Virus record (IMG/VR): IMGVR_UViG_3300032038_000063
Coordinates: 6,907 to 70,906 of that record
Length of the DNA stretch: 64,000 nucleotides
Source: a virus
Lineage: Duplodnaviria; Caudoviricetes
Strand: one strand, 5' to 3'
A model generated the notes under the pieces. It saw only the letters and a program-made list of their open reading frames with translations. It was not told where the DNA came from and ran no database searches. Each line of letters opens with the position of its first letter. Position 1 is the first letter of the stretch. The position numbers and the translations under genes are program-made. This document shows positions 17,040-25,842 of this stretch, in pieces.

Positions 17040-17951
17040 ATGGGAATCAAGATTACCAAGTACGAGGACATTGACTGGGGCGAGGACGATTTCTGGCGTG
17101 TACGCATATCACCAGATATCGCGCGGAAGATGCTCGGCAAGAACCACAAGAACAATCGAGACGAGAAGCGCCGCAGGGAGCAATACCAGCGGGACATGGA
17201 GAAGGGCCGCTGGGTGGAGAAGGACGGCAACACGATAAAGTTCGACGCAGACGGAACCCTTTTTGATGGCGCCAACCGTCTCAGGGCAATCATCGCCTCT
17301 GGGAAGACGCTGGACCTCGACATAAAGACGGGATGCCCAAAAGCCGCCATGATGACCGTCGATGACATTGCCGTAAGAACCAATGCCGACGCCATAAAAA
17401 TAACTCTCGGCATGAACGACCAGAACAACGTGGCAGCAATATCGAACGTCGTGCAACTTCTGAGGAACGGAGCTTACAACACAGGAACCCACGTCGGCGT
17501 CAGCGTCAAGCCGACGAGACAGGAGATAGTCGAGTTCGCCGACATGAACAGAGAGCAGATAAGGGGAGCGATATCAAAGGGACGAAAGGCCTCCAAAATC
17601 GGCATCAAGGGAATGGGCATCAGGCTTTGGTACGTCTGCTATTGGCTGACGTCGATTATGAACGAAGAAAAGGCCGACGAGTTCTACGAGTCCGTCTGCT
17701 CAATGGACGGCATAGGGGAGGGGTTCGTCGAAGACGCGTTGCTCAAAGACCCGGAGACTGGGAGGCAGAAGCCATCGCAATGGATTTGCTACAAGTATGT
17801 CAGGGAGTTCGACAGGTTGATGATGCACAACCGGAGGGAGGTCGGCGGAACCCCAGAGAGGGTCGCAGCCGCATACAAGACGATATGGAAGGACTACGTT
17901 GACCACATGATTGAGACAAAAGAAGTTGGATTTACATTCATCAGGCAGTAG
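17040..17951 (+). CDS. ParB-like (DGQHRL-type) N-terminal domain protein
   Basis: ISPDIARKML..N..NR...Y.RDM..GRW...TIKFDADG.LFDGANRL.AIIASG. Confidence 0.65.
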   Translation: MGIKITKYEDIDWGEDDFWRVRISPDIARKMLGKNHKNNRDEKRRREQYQRDMEKGRWVEKDGNTIKFDADGTLFDGANRLRAIIASGKTLDLDIKTGCPKAAMMTVDDIAVRTNADAIKITLGMNDQNNVAAISNVVQLLRNGAYNTGTHVGVSVKPTRQEIVEFADMNREQIRGAISKGRKASKIGIKGMGIRLWYVCYWLTSIMNEEKADEFYESVCSMDGIGEGFVEDALLKDPETGRQKPSQWICYKYVREFDRLMMHNRREVGGTPERVAAAYKTIWKDYVDHMIETKEVGFTFIRQ

Positions 17952-18058
17952 CGATTAAGAAGCTCATGGGATGGTCAACGAATAACATGGTATAAATTGG
18001 CATGGTATGGGTATAATGGTAAAAGTTTAGCAATAACACAAACAGAAAGGAACATAAC

Positions 18059-18466
18059 ATGCCATTTGACCCAATGAAGAACGGATTCACGACGGTACCA
18101 GCGAGACGGGACGGAATACCTACCGATGGATGCTATCTGAGGGTGACCAAGGAAGCCAACGGAAGGAGAAGACTGTCGCTGATTCTGAGCAAGGAAGTAA
18201 CGGAGAGAACCAAGAAGCTGTTCGGCAAGACATGCGACGTAGCTCTTAGGGAAAGCGACGCGACCATAGCGCTCTATGAGGGTAAGTCACGCAAGCTCAT
18301 AGACGATTACGGCGGGAAGTCACTTGTGAACATATCTCACATGATGGCAGACGTACAGGCTGTAACTGGCGATTTCAAGAGGCTTAAGTGCATACCGAAA
18401 GTCCTAAACGATGGCGAGGCCATATCGGTAACACCGTGCATTCATCACCCATCAATGGATAGGTAG
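18059..18466 (+). CDS. Hypothetical protein
   Basis: GAAAGGA RBS. Confidence 0.6.
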   Translation: MPFDPMKNGFTTVPARRDGIPTDGCYLRVTKEANGRRRLSLILSKEVTERTKKLFGKTCDVALRESDATIALYEGKSRKLIDDYGGKSLVNISHMMADVQAVTGDFKRLKCIPKVLNDGEAISVTPCIHHPSMDR

Positions 18467-18482
18467 ACAGTTAGGAGAAAAC

Positions 18483-19139
18483 ATGAAAAAGAGCACGTTC
18501 AAGAAGCTGTTCAACATCTACGACGCATTGGTAGACGCTGACCACAGTCACCTTATTGAGGCAGAGTTCAAAGAAGAGATTAAGGATATGCGCGACATAC
18601 TCTTCGAAGTAGCTGAGGACGGATTAGATAGCGAAGACAAGGAGTTTAATTCCGAGAAGGAGATTCAAGAATATCTCTCGAAGTGGACCAAATTCGGAAT
18701 TGCATATGAGGAACCTAAACCAGCGGAGCACAGCGGCGTGATTTTCTGGTCACAGCGCGACCACAAGATTAACGACTCAGACTCGATGGACTGCTGGCCC
18801 ACGTGGTGCGATGGAAGGTTGGTCAGAATAGGCGAGAAGGCCGTCTCTATGAGAGGGCCGCTTGAGATAACGGGAATCGAACTTGTAGATGGTGGATACC
18901 ACCTGTGGGGCTATGTCGATGACGGTGAAGTTGATGATGTCACAGGTATGCATCTCAAGCGTAAGTACATCATAGATTCAGGAAGCAGCGAGCACTCGCA
19001 CCCTGTACGAGAGGGCGAGTATTGCGACTTCTGGCCCGAGTCTGAGGAGGACGCACTCGAATATTACGGAAAAGAGGTCTTGTACAAAAACACTGGGAGG
19101 GCGCATCTACTGGAGGAAGATGATGGGCAAGAAGGTTAG
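18483..19139 (+). CDS. Hypothetical acidic protein
   Basis: AGGAG RBS. Confidence 0.6.
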   Translation: MKKSTFKKLFNIYDALVDADHSHLIEAEFKEEIKDMRDILFEVAEDGLDSEDKEFNSEKEIQEYLSKWTKFGIAYEEPKPAEHSGVIFWSQRDHKINDSDSMDCWPTWCDGRLVRIGEKAVSMRGPLEITGIELVDGGYHLWGYVDDGEVDDVTGMHLKRKYIIDSGSSEHSHPVREGEYCDFWPESEEDALEYYGKEVLYKNTGRAHLLEEDDGQEG

Positions 19140-19980
19140 AAAGCTGTACGTCGAATATTTCGAGGATTGCATAAAGAACGGAATGCTCGACTATAAGGAT
19201 GGACTCATAGGCGCACTCGACGGTGGATATTACGGGGCGGTCGTGGAGCACACGTACTGGGAGCTTTACGACCCAGACGATATGGCGGTGGAATCCTATA
19301 GACAAGCGACTACGCAAGCGTTCGAGCTTTGGAGAGAGTACGGCTCACAAGTCATAATGTTTGACAAGGACGCGGAAATCGCCATCGGTAAGACCGAGCA
19401 GAGCGGGGAGTTTTCAGAGATGCAAGTATGCGAGTCGTTTCCGTACACGGTGGCATACCTCATGTTCAACCACAACAGGCTCTATGACGGAGCATTCATC
19501 GTCATAGACAAAGATGACGGCGTGCTCATGGATATGGAGTTGCCAAAAATATCGAAGGTGTGCGAGATTGCTGGCATTCGGGGCGGAATGTCAAGCGCGA
19601 CCGATATAGACGAGCAAGTCTACAACACCGAGTACGTCAGAAACCTATGCATGTACACTGCTGCGATAAACGCCGACATAAACATCGTCTACAAGCCACC
19701 AACTGACAAAAGGGCACTTGGAAACCCAAAGAAGCGCAGGAGTTCGGCAACTGTGACGGAAGTTGGATTCAGGATAGGCTCGTCGTTAAGAGAGTACGGC
19801 CGCTCCGTGTCAAGAGGAGACGGAAGCGGCGCAACAGTTAGGCCGCATGTCAGACGAGCACACTGGCACCGATTCTGGACTGGCCCGATGGGTGGCGATA
19901 GAAAGCTCGTCACAAAATGGCTCCATCCGTGCCTAGTCGGTGTCGGTGAGGTGCAAACGACATTACATAAGGTAATTTGA
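19120..19980 (+). CDS. AcrVA2/FinQ-like protein
   Basis: C-terminal EVGFRIG..LREY...RPHVRRAHWHRFWTG...KWLHPCLV pattern. Confidence 0.6.
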   Translation: MMGKKVRKLYVEYFEDCIKNGMLDYKDGLIGALDGGYYGAVVEHTYWELYDPDDMAVESYRQATTQAFELWREYGSQVIMFDKDAEIAIGKTEQSGEFSEMQVCESFPYTVAYLMFNHNRLYDGAFIVIDKDDGVLMDMELPKISKVCEIAGIRGGMSSATDIDEQVYNTEYVRNLCMYTAAINADINIVYKPPTDKRALGNPKKRRSSATVTEVGFRIGSSLREYGRSVSRGDGSGATVRPHVRRAHWHRFWTGPMGGDRKLVTKWLHPCLVGVGEVQTTLHKVI

Positions 19981-20017
19981 TTTGGAGAGGTGCGAGAGTA
20001 CGAAATCGAGGTGAACG

Positions 20018-20293
20018 ATGACTGATGACTACGAGCCGATGATTCACGACTCTTGGTGGGATAGGCAAGTCGGAGGCTCACCAGAGGAAAAGACGATAGC
20101 AAGGCTAAGGGCGGAGAACGCGAAGTTGCGCAAGTATGCCAAGCTGTATGCTGGCGTAGTCAAGACCAATTGTGACTTCTGCCCATACTGCGATGACTTC
20201 GAGGTATGTAAAGACGCGGAGGTTGAGCCGATGAGTGAAGGATGCGCTCTGTACGTTGAGATGCGCGAACTTGGAATCGAGGTGGAGGAATGA
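20018..20293 (+). CDS. ENxKLREL...RELGIEV family protein (copy 4)
   Basis: ENAKLRKY..CDFCPYC..C..C..MRELGIEVEE. Confidence 0.65.
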   Translation: MTDDYEPMIHDSWWDRQVGGSPEEKTIARLRAENAKLRKYAKLYAGVVKTNCDFCPYCDDFEVCKDAEVEPMSEGCALYVEMRELGIEVEE

Positions 20294-20580
20294 AGCTGTC
20301 CGAAGCCATCCGCAATTGGAAGTCCAACATAACCACCCATATGGCGGTCGAATACGTGCTGACGCTGCGTGCCAACATTAACGCCTTCTCCGATGCGGCA
20401 CAGTCACTCGAAGACGATAACGTCAAGCTGAGGGAGCTTGTGCGGGACATGTGGAATGGCATGTGCGGATACGGGCACGATTGCCGCTTCTGCGAGCACT
20501 ACGAGCTGTACGAGGGGCAGAGCCTCGTCGGCGAGTGTGAGTATCACAGGCGTCTGCGCGAGCTGGGAATCGAGGCGTGA
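20290..20580 (+). CDS. ENxKLREL...RELGIEV family protein (copy 5)
   Basis: DNVKLRELVRDM..C..CRFC..C..LRELGIEA. Confidence 0.65.
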   Translation: MKLSEAIRNWKSNITTHMAVEYVLTLRANINAFSDAAQSLEDDNVKLRELVRDMWNGMCGYGHDCRFCEHYELYEGQSLVGECEYHRRLRELGIEA

Positions 20581-20942
20581 CGATGGGCAAGAACTATGAT
20601 TATGCACTGACCCTTATCGAGAACGAGGTCAGAAATGATTGCGAGTACTACGTCTATTCGCGGTTGCGTGATGTGGTTGACGGCCTTGAGAACGACAATG
20701 AAGCGTTGACTAGGCTTCTCAAGGACGCGCTTGAGAAGAAGTACTCGAAAGAGGACGAGTTGCAAGTCGAGAACACCAAGTTGCGGGAGCTGGTGTGCAG
20801 GTACGTAGAGTACACGAGCCAAGACCGCTGTGAGGGATGCGTGTTCAAGTTAAGATGCAACGACGGCGAAGTTGACGAGTGCTGGCAGCTCACGGAGATT
20901 CGGGGGCTGGCACGCGAGCTGGGAATCGAGGTAAAGGAATGA
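20577..20942 (+). CDS. ENxKLREL...RELGIEV family protein (copy 6)
   Basis: ENTKLRELV..CEGC..C..C..ARELGIEVKE. Confidence 0.65.
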   Translation: MTMGKNYDYALTLIENEVRNDCEYYVYSRLRDVVDGLENDNEALTRLLKDALEKKYSKEDELQVENTKLRELVCRYVEYTSQDRCEGCVFKLRCNDGEVDECWQLTEIRGLARELGIEVKE

Positions 20943-21265
20943 GCGAGTTCATAAGGCTTCCAGAGGTCAGGATTGAGGGCATAGAAAAAAACGTATACAT
21001 GGAGCCTTCACTTGTAGAAGTGGACGGCAAATACAGGCTTCATCACATAACGGTAAGTGGTGTGCTCTACCCGAGCAGCAAGTTCGTGCCGTTGGAGCAT
21101 CTTGGCAAGCGCCGTCGAAAGGTCGTAGACGTGGAGCTTGAGAACCAGAGGCTACGAGAGCTGTGCGAGATGGCCGCATCGAAGCTGGACACCGACGAAG
21201 CCGACGATGATACAAAGAGCATCCTTTCCGCAATGAGAGAGCTTGGTATAGAGGTCAGTGGATAG
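20939..21265 (+). CDS. ENxKLREL...RELGIEV family protein (copy 7)
   Basis: ENQRLRELCEM..MRELGIEVSG. Confidence 0.65.
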   Translation: MSEFIRLPEVRIEGIEKNVYMEPSLVEVDGKYRLHHITVSGVLYPSSKFVPLEHLGKRRRKVVDVELENQRLRELCEMAASKLDTDEADDDTKSILSAMRELGIEVSG

Positions 21266-21267
21266 AC

Positions 21268-21489
21268 ATGACTTGGAACGAGTTGATGGGACGCATACTG
21301 TTCGAGATTATCAGGAACCCGAGCGTTGCGAACATGCCAGCGATGGTATGGCTTTTCGATGACGTGGCGTATCGAAGCGGAGAGCACGAGATTTGCAGCC
21401 TCGACGCATGCTTTCCAGAAGACGCCGTTTCCGATGACAACAGGCTGTCAATGAACCTTCTTGAGGATGATGGTATGTTGTCTATGTAA
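21268..21489 (+). CDS. Small hypothetical protein
   Basis: ORF directly after the upstream stop. Confidence 0.5.
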   Translation: MTWNELMGRILFEIIRNPSVANMPAMVWLFDDVAYRSGEHEICSLDACFPEDAVSDDNRLSMNLLEDDGMLSM

Positions 21490-21540
21490 CTGTAATTCAA
21501 ATCAGAAATGATGTAAGCAATGGAGTATGAAAGGGACAAC

Positions 21541-22038
21541 ATGAAAAGCCTAGAGAAGCTTAGGAAGGTTGCCGAGGAGCAAAGCAGCCCAGTCATGTGC
21601 AAGCTCGTGAGGGTATACACAGACCAAGACGGGATGTCCGCCGACAACAAATCCATCATGGAGGCTCTGGGAAACGCCATAGACGAGATAGAGGAGGAGC
21701 TGGCAAGATATTACGTGGAGCTTCCGAAAGACAGCGATGGGGTGCCAATCCGTCCAAATGACGAGATAGTGGTTAGCTATCCAGACACGGAGCCACAGCT
21801 TAGTACGGTAACTGCACTAATACTCAGCGACAGATGGGACTTCGAGCAATCGTGCTATGAAACGGACAGTCGTGACGTAAATAACCTCAGCGACTTCTAT
21901 GAACATGTGAAACACGTCCAGCCTGATTCATGGGAAAGCATCGAAGAGGACGCAAGGAAATGGATGTATGAGAACGGAACGCCATGTGGCGTCATGAACT
22001 TCATAAGCAGATGCAAGGCTCTGGAAGGTGTGAAGTGA
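21541..22038 (+). CDS. Hypothetical protein, paralog of 34235..34705
   Basis: MKSLEKLR ... LPKDSDGVPI. Confidence 0.6.
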   Translation: MKSLEKLRKVAEEQSSPVMCKLVRVYTDQDGMSADNKSIMEALGNAIDEIEEELARYYVELPKDSDGVPIRPNDEIVVSYPDTEPQLSTVTALILSDRWDFEQSCYETDSRDVNNLSDFYEHVKHVQPDSWESIEEDARKWMYENGTPCGVMNFISRCKALEGVK

Positions 22039-22244
22039 GCTACATAGACGAGAACAGCAATCTAAAGCCGTGTCCTTGGTGCGGAACGACGCTGGGATAC
22101 TACGCGAAGAAGTATTCTCTTGGCGTACCGTACTACAAGTTCGTACACAGCACGGAACGATGCAACATTACAGTCGAGACCGATTGGTACAGAAGCAAAG
22201 AAAAGTGTGACGGGATATGGAACGACCGAGCTGCCGTGTCATAG
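22035..22244 (+). CDS. Lar-like (restriction alleviation) zinc-ribbon protein
   Basis: LKPCPWCG...C...WN.RA; GTG start overlapping the upstream TGA. Confidence 0.55.
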   Translation: MSYIDENSNLKPCPWCGTTLGYYAKKYSLGVPYYKFVHSTERCNITVETDWYRSKEKCDGIWNDRAAVS

Positions 22245-22590
22245 GCTTTTTCTGCAACCAAAGCAAGAAGGGGAAGAGGTGACGAGAGATACCCGCATTG
22301 CGGGGCCATGCTCGCAAGAACAAAAGCGGGTGACTCCGACTCGATTTCATGAGGAGGTGTGGGATGAGCGAATGTACGATTCGTGAAATCGCAGGCTACG
22401 TCGCAATCACAATCATGACCGTCGCGGCGTTGTTTTCGATGAGGAGATAGCACTTTCATGAATACATCAACAAACCCACTTCGTTGTGATACAATTCAGA
22501 AATTGACGTATGGTTGCAGCTAACGTCCCAAACAGCCAAACAACCCCGATAGCTGCAACCTATCGGGGTTGTTTTTTATCGGAGGGAAGC

Positions 22591-24495
22591 ATGGCGGAGA
22601 ACTTCGGCTCGTTCTTCAGCGACGTGGGAGGCGGAGAGGGAGAGCGCTGCAACTACACTACCAGATTGGACACCTATGGATGCGGATGCGCCCATGACTG
22701 CCGCTATTGCGTAGACCCAGAAACCCTCGTGCTCATGTACGATGGCACTCATAAGCCTATTAAAGACGTACAGATAGGTGATGAGATTTATGGCGTGTCG
22801 TGGCAAGGCAATTACACGAAGTACACCTATGCCGTTGTGACCAATAAGCACATCACGTGGAAGCCGTCATACAGGATAGAGCTGGAAAACGGCACGGCCA
22901 TTGTCCGCTCTGGCGACCATAGATGGCTCACCGACAGAGGATGGAAGTACACCATCGGTGAGGAAACTGGCGAAGGCCGCAGGCCGCATATAACCATGAA
23001 CAATCGAATGATGGGTCTCTCACACTACGACTTCACGCCGTATAAGGAGAGCGAGCGTTACAGGGAGGGTTACATAGCTGGCGTAATGGAGGGAGACGGT
23101 ACCGTCCGTGAGTATCATTACGATGATGGCGACGTCTACCAAGTCAGGCTTGCCATGAAGGAATATTCGGCGGTCAAGAGGACGCGGAAGTACCTGAGTG
23201 GATTCGGAATCGAAACCCATGAGTTCTCGTTTCCCATGAGGGACCGTGACGGCAACGTAGTGGATACCGTAGCCATACGAACAAGCAAGCAAAGCGATTA
23301 TCGATTTGTACGTGGCCTGATAGATGCAAGAACGTCCCAGCCGACCGCAGGCGACGCCGACTATATGCGCGGATATCTCGGTGGAATCTACGACGCCGAA
23401 GGAACCTCCGACAAGTATATAAAGCGGATATTTAATGCCGATGACGAGGTCATATCCTATGTGTGCAAGTGTCTTGACGCGCTCGGATTCTCTTACACGC
23501 TCGACAAGGATGCCCAGCGAAAGAACTCGGTGGTAAAGACGATACGCCTCACTGGCGGCATCCAAGAGTCATTCAGGCTCATGCAGGTGATAAACCCAGC
23601 CATAAGGAGCAAGTTCACCTTAGACGGCGTCACGCTGAAGAATCCGTATGCGGGAGAACTCAAAGTGAAGTCAATTACTCCGTATTCGGATTCTCAGGAG
23701 CTTGTGGACATAACCACAACGACGGGAAACTTCATTGCAAACGGGTGCGTGTCGCATAACTGCTATGCAAAGAGCCTGCTGGACTTCCGAAAGAACTGGC
23801 ACCCAGACAGCCCACATGTGGCCTCCACTTCTGAAATATCGAAGGCACTACGCAAGGTCAAGAGGGGGCAAATCCTACGTCTAGGAGGCATGACCGACTG
23901 CTTCCAGCCATATGAGCGGATATACGGGGCCACGAGGCAGGCAATCCAGATGATGAACGCAAGGGGAATCGGATATCTCATAGTCACCAAGAGCGACCTC
24001 GTTGCGGAGAAGTCGTATTTGAGGATACTTGACCCAGAGCTGGCGCACATACAGATAAGCGTAACCAGCACAAGTGACGAGCCGAACTTCCTAGGCGAGA
24101 GAGCGCCGAAGCCAAGCAGGAGGATAGATGCCGCAAAGAGGCTCCAAGACCTCGGATATGACGTGCAGCTAAGAATAAGCCCATACATACCGAGGCTGGT
24201 TGACGTTGACGTGCTTCTGGAATCTGGCATGAGGAAGTGCCTCGTGGAGTTCCTTCGCGTCAACGGATTCATAAAGAAGTGGCTCGGACAGGCAGGATGC
24301 GCGACTTCCGAGTACACCTTCAAGAGCGGAGGGTACAGGCATTTGCCGTTGTGGAAGAAGAAAGACCTCATAGAGCCGTTCAAGCAGTTCGAGGAGCTGA
24401 CCGTATGCGAGGACGAGCCAATTGCATACGAATACTGGAAGGAAAGCGTAAACCACAACAAGGATGACTGTTGCAATTTGAGGAAGGAACTGTAA
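22591..24495 (+). CDS. Intein-containing radical SAM protein (SPL-like family) precursor
   Basis: GGAGGG RBS; CAHDCRY|intein|CYAK rebuilds CxxxCxxC; C-extein RLGGMTDCFQP, IVTKSD. Confidence 0.9.
   Translation: MAENFGSFFSDVGGGEGERCNYTTRLDTYGCGCAHDCRYCVDPETLVLMYDGTHKPIKDVQIGDEIYGVSWQGNYTKYTYAVVTNKHITWKPSYRIELENGTAIVRSGDHRWLTDRGWKYTIGEETGEGRRPHITMNNRMMGLSHYDFTPYKESERYREGYIAGVMEGDGTVREYHYDDGDVYQVRLAMKEYSAVKRTRKYLSGFGIETHEFSFPMRDRDGNVVDTVAIRTSKQSDYRFVRGLIDARTSQPTAGDADYMRGYLGGIYDAEGTSDKYIKRIFNADDEVISYVCKCLDALGFSYTLDKDAQRKNSVVKTIRLTGGIQESFRLMQVINPAIRSKFTLDGVTLKNPYAGELKVKSITPYSDSQELVDITTTTGNFIANGCVSHNCYAKSLLDFRKNWHPDSPHVASTSEISKALRKVKRGQILRLGGMTDCFQPYERIYGATRQAIQMMNARGIGYLIVTKSDLVAEKSYLRILDPELAHIQISVTSTSDEPNFLGERAPKPSRRIDAAKRLQDLGYDVQLRISPYIPRLVDVDVLLESGMRKCLVEFLRVNGFIKKWLGQAGCATSEYTFKSGGYRHLPLWKKKDLIEPFKQFEELTVCEDEPIAYEYWKESVNHNKDDCCNLRKEL
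22708..23760 (+). mobile_element. Intein (351 aa) with LAGLIDADG homing endonuclease
   Basis: N-terminal CVDPETLVLM, block B SGDHRWLT, EGYIAGVMEGDG and RGYLGGIYDAEG, C-terminal NFIANGCVSHN followed by +1 Cys. Confidence 0.92.
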
Positions 24496-24596
24496 TGTAC
24501 GAATGCTTTCACTGCGGTAAGAGAGCCGTCATATGGGGTGGAGACTTCTCGTTGGACGAATGGGAGCCAGAGACCGAGGAGAAGGGCGAAGAATGA
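24495..24596 (+). pseudogene. Possibly truncated small Zn-binding phage gene (MYECFHCG...)
   Basis: 33-aa ORF coupled to the rSAM stop; only one CxxC half is present, just before the GIY-YIG gene. Confidence 0.4.
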
Positions 24597-24627
24597 GACC
24601 CGTGCCAGAGTTGAAGGTGGTTAAGGT

Positions 24628-25248
24628 ATGTCGAGTAAGGTAAATTGGAGAAAGGCACAAGGAAGGCCGTGGGACATATATTCCATCACCAACCTTATAA
24701 ACCATAAGGTGTACATCGGTCAGACGAAACAGCGTCTTCAGACGAGGTTTTCACAGCACCTATGCCCAAGGAGCGCGTGTGGAGCACTTAGAGCAGCCGT
24801 AAACAAGTACGGCAAAGAAAACTTTGAACTCATGAAGATAACGACAGCCGCCACGCAAGAGGAGGCAGACATGCTTGAAAGGCTATGGATTCGCCTGTAT
24901 AGGTCCAATGACCCAAAAAGAGGCTACAACCAGACTGACGGAGGGCGTGGAAACGGCATTGGATTTACTGACGAGGTAAAGACTAGAATGAGCCATGAAA
25001 GGGTTGGTGCAAGGAACCCATTCTATGGTAAGCATCACTCTGAGGAATCGAAGCGCAAGATGCATGAATCACACGCTGGGCAACGTCACTATTGGCAAGA
25101 GAAACCAGTCGTCTGCATTGACACTGGAGAGCTTTTCGAGAGCATCAAGGAAGCAGCTTTAGCAAAGGGGTTGAACAGCGGAAAGATAGGCGATGTTTGT
25201 CGTGGCGCAAGGAAAAGCACTGGTGGCACTTATTGGAGGTATGCGTAA
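24628..25248 (+). CDS. GIY-YIG homing endonuclease with NUMOD3/NUMOD1-type DNA-binding repeats
   Basis: DIYSITNLINHKVYIGQT, GYNQTDGG, NPFYGKHHSEESKRKM, FESIKEAA. Confidence 0.9.
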   Translation: MSSKVNWRKAQGRPWDIYSITNLINHKVYIGQTKQRLQTRFSQHLCPRSACGALRAAVNKYGKENFELMKITTAATQEEADMLERLWIRLYRSNDPKRGYNQTDGGRGNGIGFTDEVKTRMSHERVGARNPFYGKHHSEESKRKMHESHAGQRHYWQEKPVVCIDTGELFESIKEAALAKGLNSGKIGDVCRGARKSTGGTYWRYA

Positions 25249-25842
25249 ATGAAACAGCAGGCACAGCTAAAGATTGACTACGTTCCAATCGATGACCTTT
25301 TGGAATATAGAGGGAATGCAAAGCTCCATCCATCAAGTCAAATCGACCAAATAGCATCTTCAATAGAAGAGTTCAATTTCAATAACCCGATTCTTGCATG
25401 GCACAACGAGGACGGAGAGCCAGAGATAGTCGCAGGTCACGGTCGTTTGATGGCTGCTCGCAAGCTTGGACTCCAAGAGCTTCCTGTCGTATTTCTCGAC
25501 CACCTCAGCGAGGAGGCTAGACGTGCGTACACCCTCGTGGACAATCAACTTACTATGAACAGCGGCTTTGACTTTGGAATCTTACAGAGCGAGCTGAATG
25601 AAATCGTAGGCATCGATATGGCCCAGTTTGACTTTAACGTTTCTTTGGATACTGTCGAAATAGCCGAAGACTACGGTGGCGCGGACGAAAACGACGAGGC
25701 ATACGCGCCGCAGTCGGATACGCACTTTAACTACAAGGAGCAATACGGCGTAATCGTCATGTGCGATGGCGAGGATGACCAAGAGCGCGTATACAACAGG
25801 CTTACCGAGGAAGGCTACACGTGCAAGGTGGTGGCCGTGTAA
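25249..25842 (+). CDS. ParB/Srx N-terminal domain protein 1
   Basis: NAKLH..QI.QIASSIEEF.F.NPIL..EIVAGHGRLMAARKLG. Confidence 0.9.
   Translation: MKQQAQLKIDYVPIDDLLEYRGNAKLHPSSQIDQIASSIEEFNFNNPILAWHNEDGEPEIVAGHGRLMAARKLGLQELPVVFLDHLSEEARRAYTLVDNQLTMNSGFDFGILQSELNEIVGIDMAQFDFNVSLDTVEIAEDYGGADENDEAYAPQSDTHFNYKEQYGVIVMCDGEDDQERVYNRLTEEGYTCKVVAV

Noticed and set aside
17960-18020. ATGGT(A) short repeats upstream of 18059
   Set aside because: Irregular spacing and short length; could be an operator but is not distinguishable from chance by eye.
22510-22590. Track start of the radical SAM ORF at 22510
   Set aside because: ATG 22591 has a GGAGGG RBS. The upstream segment contains a hairpin/T-run and looks like leader sequence.
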